Part shown: one piece after another, positions 19,924 to 30,225 of the stretch | How positions within the stretch are numbered: the stretch's first letter is position 1 | How the letters are laid out: the number at the start of each line of letters is the position of its first letter | Assembly: GCA_963707505.1 (NCBI GenBank) | Contig: CAVPQB010000004.1 | Coordinates: 160,001-224,000 of the forward strand | Direction: 5' to 3' | Source: an uncultured Gemmatimonadales bacterium | GTDB taxonomy: Bacteria > Gemmatimonadota > Gemmatimonadetes > Gemmatimonadales > Gemmatimonadaceae | DNA: 64,000 nucleotides | Translations under genes and position numbers: made by a program | The notes under the pieces: model-generated | What the model was told of the DNA's origin: nothing | Database searches by the model: none | Seen by the model: the letters and a program-made list of their open reading frames with translations, nothing else

Positions 19924-20127
19924 ATGACTCGCTCTGCCACCACCCGCTGCTCCTGCTCGCCATGTTCCGCAGGTGCCTGCACTTGTACCTCCTGCCACAC
20001 GACGGCCGAACGCGCCGACGCGGCAAGCACCGATGTTGCACGCACCGGTGTTGCACGCTGCTGCTGCGGCAGTGCGTGCGGCTGCGATGTTTGCGTGTGC
20101 CCGCCGAACTGCGGCTGCGCGAAGTAA
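19924..20127 (+). CDS. Cys-rich small protein, metallothionein-like (67 aa, 15 Cys)
   Basis: GAGGA RBS; CSCSPC..CTCTSCH - Cys-free spacer - CCC...CGC..CVC...CGC; followed by a strong hairpin. Confidence 0.75.
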   Translation: MTRSATTRCSCSPCSAGACTCTSCHTTAERADAASTDVARTGVARCCCGSACGCDVCVCPPNCGCAK

Positions 20128-20171
20128 GGAAGTAACATCGCGTCAGCATTGCGTCGGGAAGTCTGTACCAC

Positions 20172-20203
20172 ACGGGGCGCGGTTCTTGAGAACCGCGCCC
20201 CGT
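20172..20203. terminator. GC-rich hairpin after the Cys-rich peptide gene
   Basis: acggggcgcggttct-tg-agaaccgcgccccgt, a perfect 15-bp inverted repeat. Confidence 0.7.
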
Positions 20204-20279
20204 TGTGCATTCACTACGCGTCAAGGAACGCACCGTAGGTGGAATGATAGCCGGCGCCAATCGAGCATTCGCCGCGCTT

Positions 20280-20316
20280 CAGCCCTTTCGTTCAACAGCA
20301 CAGCCGCTCCGTTCAA
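20280..20316 (+). promoter_or_regulatory. Tandem CAGCCnnnnCGTTCAA sites with 21-bp period upstream of the YtkA/FixH-like gene
   Basis: cagccctttcgttcaa (20280-20295) and cagccgctccgttcaa (20301-20316). Confidence 0.7.
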
Positions 20317-20404
20317 TTCCGAGCCTCCGAGGCGGGATAATCTTGAATCACGACCGCGCCGCGTGGCGCTTGTCGATTCGACCATCCCTAATCGAGATCC
20401 TCCA

Positions 20405-20868
20405 ATGCGCTTCTCCGTCGCAAAGTTTCGCCGCCGTACGCTCTTCACGCGAGCGTTCGCCTCGATTGTCGCAGCCAGTGCCGTTGCTGTGCTCGCGGCT
20501 GCATGCTCTTCGCCCGCGCCCCGCAGGATCTGGATTACTCGCGCACGCGCACCAGCGAGGGCGGCCACTACGTCGCTACGATTCACCCGCAGGGCGATTC
20601 GATCCCGCAGGGCCGGCTGCATCGCTGGACGCTCCACCTCGAGACTGCGGCGGGCGTACCGGTGGACAGCGCGGTGCTCACCGTCGATGGCGGGATGCCG
20701 CAGCACGGCCACGGCCTGCCGACGAAGCCCCGCGTCACGCGTGCGCTCGGCAACGGCGACCACCTCGTCGAAGGAATGAAGTTCAACATGGGCGGCTGGT
20801 GGGTCGTGAAGTTCCGCGTCGCCGCGGCTCAGGGCACCGACTCCGTCGTATTCAACCTCAAGCTCTGA
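20405..20868 (+). CDS. YtkA/FixH-like lipoprotein (frameshift near 20495-20520)
   Basis: Lipoprotein-type signal ending in Cys; [14 protein letters not shown]...[12 protein letters not shown] motif in the second frame. Confidence 0.8.
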
Positions 20869-22145
20869 TGGACGCACGTCGCATCGCTCGCAAGCTGAGC
20901 ACGCGTTCGAGGACGGTTGTTTGGCCGGTCGCCATCGGCGCTGCGTTCGGGCTGACGTCGACGGCGGCGCTGAGCGGTATCGTTGCCGTTCGCCCGCAGT
21001 GGACGCCGACAGAGCGCGCGACACTGCGCTCGCTCGCTCTCTCGAGCCTCGGCCCGCTGCCGCCGGATCCGTCGAACGCGGCGGGTGACGACCCCCGCGC
21101 CGCGGCGCTCGGACGCGCGCTCTTCTTCGACACACGGCTGAGCGGCAACGGCAAGGTGTCGTGCGCGACGTGCCATGTACCGACGCAGGACTTCCAGGAC
21201 GGCAAGCCACTCGCTCACGGCGTCGGCACCACGGCGCGCCGCACGATGCCGATCGCCGGCACCGCACACAGTGCGTGGTTCTTCTGGGACGGCCGCGCCG
21301 ACAGCCAGTGGGCGCAGGCGCTCGGCCCGCTGGAGAGTGCGGTCGAGCACGGCGGCACGCGTGCGCAGTACGCGCACGTGATCGCGAAGCATTACCGCGC
21401 CGAGTACGAAGCCGTGTTCGGCCGGCTGCCATCACTCGACGACGTTCCGGCACAGGCCGGACCGGTTGCCGACGAGTCGGCGCGCGTGGCTGGCGTGGCA
21501 TCGCGCCGGCGCGGCAGCAGGACGTCAGCCGCGTGTACGCCAACATCGGCAAGGCCATCGCCGCGTACGAGCGGCGCATCACGTTCGCGCCGTCGCGGTT
21601 CGACCGTTACGTCGACGCCGAGCTCGCCGGTCGACCGAACACGCCTGCATCGGCTCTCACTGATGACGAAGCGGCCGGACTGCGGCTCTTCATCGGCAAG
21701 GCGAACTGCGTCAACTGTCACAACGGGCCCCGTTCACCGATGACCACTTTCACAACACCGGCGTACCCGTCTCACGGGTCGTTCTCGCCACCGACAGCGG
21801 CCGCGCGACGGGCGTTCGGCAGGCGCTCGCCGGCGAGTTCAGCTGCACGAGCCGGTACAGCGACGCGAAGCCCGAGGACTGCGACGAGCTGCGCTTCGCG
21901 GTCACCGAGGGCACTGAGCTCGTGCGCGCATACAAGACGCCGTCGCTGCGCAACGTCGCGGAGCGCGCACCGTACATGCACGCCGGCCAGCTCGCGACGC
22001 TCACGACGTGGTATCGCACTACGACCGCGCCGCCCCCGCACCGTTCGGCCACAGCGAGTTGAAGCCGCTGCATCTCTCGTCGAAGGAACGACGTCAGATC
22101 GAAGCGTTCCTGCGCACACTATCGGCGCCTGTGGTGCGCCCCTGA
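20868..22145 (+). CDS. Di-heme cytochrome c peroxidase / MauG-family protein (several frameshifts)
   Basis: [64 protein letters not shown] spread across three frames; TGATG coupling to the upstream gene. Confidence 0.9.
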
Positions 22146-22279
22146 GCACGCACGCGAGTGATGTGATAGCGACGTGCACCGCGAGTACGAACGGCATGCG
22201 CGCGAACGATTCCCGTACCACTTCGCCACGGTCGCGTTGCCATGGAGAAGATTTAGCGGCTGGTGTCTTCCTCGTCAGC

Positions 22280-22494
22280 TCAGCCAAGCACCACGGCTGC
22301 GTTCCGTTTGAGTCAGGCAAGCTTCGCGCGCTCCACCGGTGACTTCCGGAACGCCGTGCTGAACTCCTCCTGCGACATCGCAAGCACCTCGCTCGCCAAC
22401 GTCCGCGCATCCTTCCCAGCGATCACCTCACGCTGAGCAAGAGCCGCCTCGGTCGCATCTCCCGAAGACTTCACGTTCCACGGACACACACTTT
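22280..22494 (-). pseudogene. queG: Displaced queG 3'-end copy 3
   Basis: QSVCPWNVKSSGDATEAALAQREVIAGKDARTLASEVLAMSQEEFSTAFRKSPVERAKLA*LKRNAAVVLG*; high DNA similarity to ~38770-38975. Confidence 0.93.
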
Positions 22495-23120
22495 GGGGCG
22501 TGTATCCACTCACCCATTTCGAGATCCCGCTTTCGACGGGTGGCCGAACTATACGAACCATCAAAGGTGAGCCTCGCGGGCCAGTGTATGGCAGCTCGTC
22601 GAGTGCGAGAGCTCAGCGATGATCGAGGAGGAGCCGGTGAGGCGCAAACGATGGCTCTGAACTCAACGCCGTGGGCGATTCGGCAGAAGTGTACTACGCA
22701 CACCGCGTGGGAACCATCACGGTGCGTGTCCGTCGCTAATAATTCGGCGTGCTTGGCCGGGAGGGCATCTCGCGACCCAACGTTGGATACATGGAGGTCC
22801 ACCCCTACACTTGCAGTTGCAGTATAGAAAGAGCGATATCAAGCAGGCGTTCACGATACCATGCGCGCTGAATATTCCTGAATATGCGCGCGCGCCATCC
22901 TGGAAGGGACAGAATGGCCGTATAGTGGTCGCGCGCCGCTGATTGCGCCCCATGCTTTTTGAAAGGGATCGCATCTTGCTCTATGCGACAGTGGCGTTGC
23001 GGCCGCTCTCTTCTTCACTGTCATTGCGTGAGCTAGCTCTCCCGTTTCTCAGTGCAGGCAGGAAGTCTTGGATCCAGCGCGCGATCTGATAGACGAACTC
23101 TTACTGTGGGAGCACTAGGA

Positions 23121-23981
23121 ATGTCGAGCACTGAACCGAAGCACTTCGCTCTTGGAAGAGATCATTGCGGCCGGGCACTCAGCATCATCAAGTCGAGGCG
23201 TACCGTGCGACTGGCAGCGTCGTTCGCTGCTCTCGCAGCGGCATTCCTCGGCACCTCGCAGCTCACGGCTCAGGGAACCCTTGGCACGGCCCAGGCGTTC
23301 GGCGTCCTCGGGGCGTCGACGGTTACGAACACGGGCCCAACAACGATCACTGGCGACCTCGGAGTCTCGCCGGGAACCGCGATAACGGGACAGGGAAGCA
23401 TCACGCTCAACGGTGCGCTGCATGATGCTGATGCTGTTGCGCTGCAGGCGCAGCACGACGCGCGCACCGCGTACAACAACCTTGCTGCTCAAACGCCTAC
23501 TCAAGACCTGACGGGTCATGACCTTGGCGGAATGACGCTGACGCCTGGCGTGTATTTCTTCTCGTCGTCGGCACAGCTGACCGGAAATCTATTTCTCAAT
23601 TTTCTGGGCAATCCGAACTCGACGTTCGTGTTCCAGATCGGGAGCGCACTCACAACCGCCAGCGGATCCTCAGTGTCGGAGACGACGGGTGCGCCGGGCG
23701 CAAACGTGTTCTGGCAGGTCGGGAGTTCCGCGACCCTGGGGACAGGCACACAATTTCAGGGGACTATCATAGCAGACCAGAGTGTCACACTGACCACCGG
23801 CGCTTCCATCTCATGCGGCAGAGCGATCGCGTTGACCGGTGCGGTGACAATGGACAACAACGTCATCTCGAATGAATGCGGTGGCGCAACCAGCACCGTC
23901 CCCGAGCCGAGCTCGATGGCGTTACTCGGAACCGGGATGCTGGGACTGTTCCCAATGCTTCGCCGCCGCAGGAACGGCTAG
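23121..23981 (+). CDS. Ice-binding-like DUF3494 protein with PEP-CTERM sorting signal (start uncertain)
   Basis: [87 protein letters not shown]. Confidence 0.92.
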   Translation: MSSTEPKHFALGRDHCGRALSIIKSRRTVRLAASFAALAAAFLGTSQLTAQGTLGTAQAFGVLGASTVTNTGPTTITGDLGVSPGTAITGQGSITLNGALHDADAVALQAQHDARTAYNNLAAQTPTQDLTGHDLGGMTLTPGVYFFSSSAQLTGNLFLNFLGNPNSTFVFQIGSALTTASGSSVSETTGAPGANVFWQVGSSATLGTGTQFQGTIIADQSVTLTTGASISCGRAIALTGAVTMDNNVISNECGGATSTVPEPSSMALLGTGMLGLFPMLRRRRNG

Positions 23982-24056
23982 TATCCAGAAAGAGTCTCGG
24001 ACTCACGCGCCGGGCGGACAGTTGCCCGCAACCAATCCTCGCAATCGTGCGATGCT

Positions 24057-24126
24057 TGGTTGCGCCACCGTGCCGAGCCCGGTGATCGATGTTCCGGGCG
24101 AGATACCCAGGTCGCCAATTGATCAT
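24057..24126 (-). pseudogene. Inverted DUF3494 gene relic
   Basis: Minus strand encodes GDLGISPGTSITGLGTV, matching [17 protein letters not shown] of the adjacent gene. Confidence 0.65.
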
Positions 24127-24349
24127 CGCTGCGAGCTTCATTTCGCATCGTTCCACCGGCGATAACCACTGCGCGTACAACCGCGAGTTACCAGGAGTCT
24201 GCTTTTCTTGTTGCAATCTGCACGGGGCAGAGTCCACATCATGACGGGGATCACACTCACGCATCCGTTGAAGAATACAGCGTGAAGATCACCGCGAGCC
24301 GGGGCGCATCGGCACTTTCTCGCGTTCACTTGCACAACGGCTCCAACAC

Positions 24350-25903
24350 ATGAAGAAGATTTTAGTTAGTAGCCGCGGAACGCGGCTGCTGGTTCGCAGT
24401 GCGCGCATCGCACGAACAGTCGCGGCAATTGGTTTCGCCGGGCTATTTGCTACAGCGTGCGACGTCCACGGCATCAGCAATCCGGGCACGCTCTCATCCA
24501 TCAGCGTCGCGCCCAACCCCCAGACGCTTGCAGCCGGCAGCACGCAGCAATTCACGGCGGTCGGTAGGGACTATTCTGGCGCGAAGGTAGCAATTACGCC
24601 TACCTGGTCCGTCGTCACTGGTGGTGGTACCATCAGCAGCACCGGGGTGTTTACGGCATCCGCAACGCCCGGTACCTACACCAACACTGTGATGGCGACC
24701 AGCGGAAACATGACCAGCACTGCGACGATCATCGTCACCGCTGGTCCGCTGGCAACAATCGTCGTCTCGCCAAATCCGCAGACGATGACAGTGCGCGGCA
24801 CGCAGCAGTTCACCGCCGTTGGCAGAGATTCAGCCGGCAACTCAGTTGCACTCACGCCGACCTGGTCAGTAGCCGCAGGTGGCGGGGCGATAAGCGCGAC
24901 CGGTCTCTTCACTGCCGGCTCGACGCCGGGCACCTACACCAACACGATCAAGGCGACGAGCGGTACGGTTTCGGCGACGGCCACTGTCGTGGTAATGTCG
25001 ACGCCGCCGGCCCCACCGCCACTTGCGACGATCACGGTAACACCGAATCCTGATACCACGCAGGTCGGCGCCACGCAGCAGTTCACGGCAGTTGGCCGCG
25101 ACGGCAACGGAAACATCTCTGCAATTACGCCGATATGGTCTGTAGTGAATGGCGGCGGCAGCATTGATTCGACCGGTCGCTTCACCGCGGGCTCCACGGC
25201 GGGGACGTTCACCAACACAGTGAAGGCGACGAGCGGTACAATTTCGGGAACGGCGACTGTAACAGTACTGGCGACAGTCCCACCTCCGTCGCCATCGCTC
25301 ATCAATCTTGGCACAGCCGCGCCGAATGGAATCATGGCCGGCACCGCGGTGACATGCGTCAGCCTCGGTACCATCAACGCTGACGTGAGCATCAGCCCGG
25401 GTAACACGATCACCGGCTTCGGACCATGCGTCATCACCGGCGTACAACATCTTGGTGATGCAGTTGCTGCGCAGGCGCAGATCGACCTGACAAGGGCATA
25501 CAACACGCTTGCCGGCCTCCCGTGCCCACCCGCCAACGCAATCGTGGCGAACCTCGGTGGCACGACCAAATCGGCCGGTGTCTACTGCACGGCCAGCGGG
25601 ATCGGCGTAACCGGCACACTGATACTCGATGGCGGCGGCGATCCGAACGCGACCTTCGTCTTCCAGGCAGGTAGCGGACTTACCACTGCCGGTGACGTAG
25701 TGCTCATCAACGGTGCTCAGGCCAAGAACGTGTACTGGCAGGTCGGTACCTCGGCTACCATCGGTACCGCATCGCACTGGCAGGGCAACATCGTCGCCTA
25801 CACGAGCATCACACTAGTGGATAACGCGACGCTGCTCGGCCGTGCTCTGGCACGCAACGGCGCAGTATCGCTCGGAACCAACAACGTCATCACGCTTCCG
25901 TAA
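24350..25903 (+). CDS. Lipoprotein with three Ig-like repeats and a C-terminal DUF3494 ice-binding-like domain
   Basis: LFATAC lipobox; 3x [IxVxPNP..TQQFTAVGRD..TPxWSV..GGG...GTxTNT..ATSG]; FVFQAGSGLTT, NVYWQVGTSATIG, GRALARNGAVSL. Confidence 0.9.
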   Translation: MKKILVSSRGTRLLVRSARIARTVAAIGFAGLFATACDVHGISNPGTLSSISVAPNPQTLAAGSTQQFTAVGRDYSGAKVAITPTWSVVTGGGTISSTGVFTASATPGTYTNTVMATSGNMTSTATIIVTAGPLATIVVSPNPQTMTVRGTQQFTAVGRDSAGNSVALTPTWSVAAGGGAISATGLFTAGSTPGTYTNTIKATSGTVSATATVVVMSTPPAPPPLATITVTPNPDTTQVGATQQFTAVGRDGNGNISAITPIWSVVNGGGSIDSTGRFTAGSTAGTFTNTVKATSGTISGTATVTVLATVPPPSPSLINLGTAAPNGIMAGTAVTCVSLGTINADVSISPGNTITGFGPCVITGVQHLGDAVAAQAQIDLTRAYNTLAGLPCPPANAIVANLGGTTKSAGVYCTASGIGVTGTLILDGGGDPNATFVFQAGSGLTTAGDVVLINGAQAKNVYWQVGTSATIGTASHWQGNIVAYTSITLVDNATLLGRALARNGAVSLGTNNVITLP

Positions 25904-25994
25904 TGCCGACGACGGGTCGAGGCCGGACGGCTGTCCGGTCTCGACATCTGTCACGGTCAGGAAGTGCTCATTGAAGTATCTACAGGAGAATTGG

Positions 25995-27050
25995 ATGTCG
26001 ATCAAAGTCTTGATTGCTGGTATGGCAACGCTGGTGTGCGCCGTACCCGCGGCAGCGCAGGAACGGGGAACAGTGGAATTCGGGGCGTTCGGGAGCGCTG
26101 CAACGTTCGACAATAGCCTCAGTCTCACGTCGGGCTACGGTGGAGGTGGCCGGGTTGGCATCTTCCTCGATCCCCGGCTGTCGATGGAATTCGAAGACGC
26201 CGAGATGCGGGCAAGCCGTCCGAATGGCCTGGCGAATGTGAACGTCGGCATTCTCTCGGGCCGGCTCGTGGCCAGTCCGCTCAAGGTGGGTGCAGTGTCG
26301 TTCCTGGTGGGCGCTGGAGCCGGTGTCTCCACGGAGACGAACTTCATGCACAGCTACGGCGTGGACGGACTGGTCGGTGCCAAGATTGCGCTGACCAACA
26401 ACGCCGCTCTGCGAGTTGACGGTGTCTGGGACTGGCTCGCGAATCAGAACTGGAAGACCTACAAGAGCGTTCGCGTGGGAGTGAGCCTGTACCGTCACCC
26501 TGCGCGGCGAGTGCAGTCTGTGACCGTCGTGACACCCGCGCCGGCGCCGGTGGTGGTAGCGCATGAGGATTCAGTCAGCGCTTCCGAAACCAGGCGGCTG
26601 CGCGACAACGATGCGGCCCTGAGCGCGCTGCGCGATTCGTTGCGCAATTCAATTGGCAAGGCACCAGTTCCGGTATCTGCCGCGAATGTTACGACGATGC
26701 AGGCCACCATCCACTTTGCCTTCGACAAGTCCGAGCTCACGGATTCGGCGAGAGCAACGCTGGATGAGAAGGTGGAGCTGTTCCGTGCCAATCCGCAGAT
26801 GTCGGTCATGATCGTGGGATACACTGATCATTTTGGAACCAGCGCGTACAACCTCGCGCTTGGCGAGCAGCGCGCCAGCGCAGCAAAGTCCTACATCGTG
26901 AGTCACGGTGTCGACGCCAGCCGCGTGATCGTGGAATCCAGGGGTGAACGCCAGCCGGTCACCGACGCTTCAGGTGTAGCTGGCCAGGCGCCCAACCGTC
27001 GGGCTGTATTTCGGTTGCAGGTAGCCCCGGACGTCGGTCCGAGAGAGTAA
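25995..27050 (+). CDS. OmpA family outer-membrane protein (beta-barrel plus OmpA C-terminal domain)
   Basis: AGGAG RBS; signal peptide; IHFAFDKSEL, GYTDHFGTSAYNLALGEQRA, SRGERQP, NRRA. Confidence 0.93.
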   Translation: MSIKVLIAGMATLVCAVPAAAQERGTVEFGAFGSAATFDNSLSLTSGYGGGGRVGIFLDPRLSMEFEDAEMRASRPNGLANVNVGILSGRLVASPLKVGAVSFLVGAGAGVSTETNFMHSYGVDGLVGAKIALTNNAALRVDGVWDWLANQNWKTYKSVRVGVSLYRHPARRVQSVTVVTPAPAPVVVAHEDSVSASETRRLRDNDAALSALRDSLRNSIGKAPVPVSAANVTTMQATIHFAFDKSELTDSARATLDEKVELFRANPQMSVMIVGYTDHFGTSAYNLALGEQRASAAKSYIVSHGVDASRVIVESRGERQPVTDASGVAGQAPNRRAVFRLQVAPDVGPRE

Positions 27051-27081
27051 CCCGCCGCGGGAAAGCGGTCAGGGTGTAACT

Positions 27082-27118
27082 GAATGTGCCTGGTGCGGAT
27101 AACGCACCAGGCACATTC
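27082..27118. terminator. Hairpin between the convergent OmpA and kinase genes
   Basis: gaatgtgcctggtgcg-gataa-cgcaccaggcacattc, a perfect 16-bp stem. Confidence 0.75.
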
Positions 27119-27163
27119 GTATTCTTCCCCCCCGTCCCAGCAAACCAGCTCCCAAGCTCCTGC

Positions 27164-29832
27164 TCACCACCCCGACTTGTCCGCGCGATCGGCCAGCCAC
27201 ACGTCCGGCACGAACCGCCGCACCGTACACGCAGCGAGCGTACCACCCGCGCCGACGGTCACGCCCCCGAGCCCTACCCAGCAACCGTTCGGGAGCGTCG
27301 CCACGCGCACTAGCGCCGAGCCGCCGGGAGGGAGGCGCTCCAGCACCAGATCTCGCCGGGGTGCACTCCCCACCGGCAACGTCGTCTGCCCCGCGGCCTC
27401 CCCGGTGACGAACAGCGATCCATCCTTCCCCCAGCCGACTGGCTGTACCGGCGACTTCGAGCTCACCAGTCGCGAGAGCTTGCCGCTCGCCATGTCGCCA
27501 CCGATGATCGCGCTCGCGACGGCTGACCAGTACGCCACTCGCTGCGTGGCGGCGTCCGTGATCACCCGTGCGAAGCCGCTCAGGGAGTCGGGGATCGCAA
27601 TCCGGCGGCCGATGCGGCCGGTCGTGTCCACGACCACCAGCGCACCCGGCTGCGCGAGCACGATGGCATCATTTCCCAGCCATCCGCTGGTGACCCCAAG
27701 TCCGGACTCGCGCCGGATGACGCGCTCGCGTCCACCCGCCGCGTCCGTGAACATCGCGCCTATTGGCGTTGCATCGGTGGTGGTCGCATCAAATGCGATG
27801 TGCTGTCCGTCAGCCGACCAGAACGGATAGTCACGCAGTCCGTGTTGTGCGGAGAGGGGGCGCGGCGGAGCGCCCGACAACGGGAAGACATAGACGTTGT
27901 CACCGATGTTGTCGGTCGCCGACCCTGCGAGTGAGAGGCCATCGGGCGAGAACTGTTCCCCCACACCCAGCTCGTGCGGTGGGTCAGTGGAGTCCATTTC
28001 GCGGTCGGATCGCCGAGCTTCAGGGTGAGAATCTCGAACGACACCGGACCGTCGATGATCGACGCCCGCCCGGACGGCGCCACGTCCATGGTCCCATTGG
28101 TCCCGATCCCGTCGCTCACCTGGCCGAGCACCAGCTGCGTCTGATCGGCTCTGAGCTTGCCGTGAGACACCGGGATGCGGAGGAGGTTGTCCGCGGTGCC
28201 TGGTGACGGGTTGAGTATCAGGATTCCCGTGTGCGTTGCATCCCAGCGGACATCAGAGCGGATGTAGAACGTCGTGGTGCTGTCGAGCAACCGTCCCCGG
28301 TGGTCGAGGAGTGCCAGCATGTTCGCGCCATGGCTCGTGCCACTGGCGGCGAACGTCCCGTTCTCCGGGTTCGCGGCCAGATCGGCGAATTCCAATCCGC
28401 GCGGCAGCGTCGCGCTGTCCGTACGCGCGAGGGTATGCGGATCGAGCCATACGAGCGCGTGATTGCCGGGTGCGCCAGCGACTTCCACCAGCTTGCCGTC
28501 CGGCGCGAACGTCCAGGCGGCCGCGGCGTCGCTCACTCGCTGCGGCGTGCCGCCGAGCCGAGGGATGAGATACAGCGCAGGCGCCGTGGAGTCCGGCGAT
28601 CCGGCGAAGCCCACCGTTTCGCCGTCGGGCGACCAGCGCAGGTCGCTGCAGACCGCTGGCCACGTGACGAGCTTCACCGATTGCGTGCCGTCCACCTCGC
28701 GCACCTGCAGCGTGCGTGTGCAGGTGTACGTCTGGCCGAAGCAATCGTCGCTCACGTAAGCGAGCCACGAGCCATCGGGAGAGATCGCCGCGCCGACGAC
28801 ATCGCCCTCGAACGTGAGCTGTCGCACGAGCTGCAGCTCCGGTGACGGCGGATGCGGCCGGAACGCGAGCCAGGCGAGGAGCGCCGCCGCGGCGAGCAAC
28901 GCACTGGCGGCGATGCGCCACGCCGTCATCGACCGTGTCATGCGTCGCGCGCGCCGGGCGAGCAGCGCGAGCGCGCCGTGCCCCTCGCGAATCGTAATCG
29001 TCGCGCTTCCGCGCAGTGCCTCGGCGAACTCCTGCGCCGTGCTCCAGCGGTCAGCGGGAAGTTTGGCGAGCGCCTTCATCGTCGCCGCGTCCACCGGCTC
29101 CGACACCGTGTCGCGCGTCGACCGCATGCTGCGCGGACGCTCGGTCAGGAGCTTCGCGATGATCGCCTGCACGCTCGCGCCCGTGTGCGGCGGCTCGCCC
29201 GTGAGCATCTCGTACAGCACCGCGCCGATCGAGTAGATGTCGCTGCGCGCGTCGATCACGCGATCGCCCGTCGCCTGCTCCGGCGACATGTATTGCGGCG
29301 TGCCGAGCGAGAGCCCCGTCTGCGTGACGCGCTGTCCGCCGGCCTTCGAGACCGCCAGCGCGATCCCGAAGTCGGCGACGACGGGCTCGCCGTCCTGCAG
29401 CAGGATGTTCTCCGGCTTGAGGTCGCGGTGAATGACTCCGTGCTCGTGCGCGTAGTCGAGCGCGGACAGAACGGCGATCGCGAGGCGCAGCGCCTCGTCG
29501 ACCGGGAGCTGCCGTTCGCGCTCGAGCCGTGCGCGCAGAGTCTCGCCCTCGACGTACGGCATCACGTAGAACAGCAGCCCGTCGGCGCTCCCGCAGTCGA
29601 AGAGCGGGAGCAGATGCGGATGCTGCAGGTTGGCGGTGACGCGAATCTCGCTCAGGAATCGCTCGACGCCGAGCACGGCGCCGAGCTCGGGATCGAGCAC
29701 CTTGAGCGCGACGCGACGGTCGTGCTTGAGGTCACGCGCGAGGTAGACCGTGGCCATGCCGCCGCGACCGATCTCGCGCTCGATCGTGTAGCGGCCCACC
29801 AGCGCGTCGCCGAGAGATGCGGGCACGTTCAC
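27164..29832 (-). CDS. Ser/Thr protein kinase with TM helix and PD40/TolB-like propeller (frameshift near 27960)
   Basis: GRGGMATVY, VALK, HRDLKPEN, DFG, GTPQYMSPEQ; SPDG repeats; C-terminus continues in 27164..27997. Confidence 0.92.
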
Positions 29833-30225
29833 GCGCAGAACTTGCAGCCACGCCAGCTCGCGCGGAAGGGTGAGCGTCTGCGCCGCGCCGGGCTCGGAGT
29901 CCGTCCCACTCCGCCCCGGCCCCCGCAACGCTGGTAACTCCAGCATCGGATGGACCGCGCTCACAACGTTCGAGTGCAATACATCACCGAACACCGAGGC
30001 CATCGTCAAGCATCTTCACACCTGGCATTCGCTCACTTTGCTTCGCTCGCTTGATCGCAAACTGGCCTTGATCCGACTCAACGAACGCCGGATTTATACT
30101 GCTTCGACGTCCGACAAGCGCTTTTGACGTCCCACACGTGCTCCCGTACATTCTCCAGCCCGTACTGCACAGGATTATTGCAGTCGTCAAGTGTCGCCCG
30201 CTAACTGACAGGAGTACATGGCGCG

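Noticed and set aside
19924..20127. Cys-rich peptide as a RiPP precursor
   Set aside because: No radical SAM, YcaO, lanthipeptide or MNIO enzyme nearby; cysteines sit at both ends with no leader/core layout, so a metallothionein fits better
22550..23100. Lower-GC non-coding stretch with small palindromes as an ncRNA or origin
   Set aside because: No recognisable RNA family, iterons or convincing extended structure; may simply be the element end and promoter region
30110..30160. Possible fifth queG fragment (minus strand RMYGSTCG; ttgacgtcccacacgtg)
   Set aside because: Similarity is too short and weak to distinguish from chance
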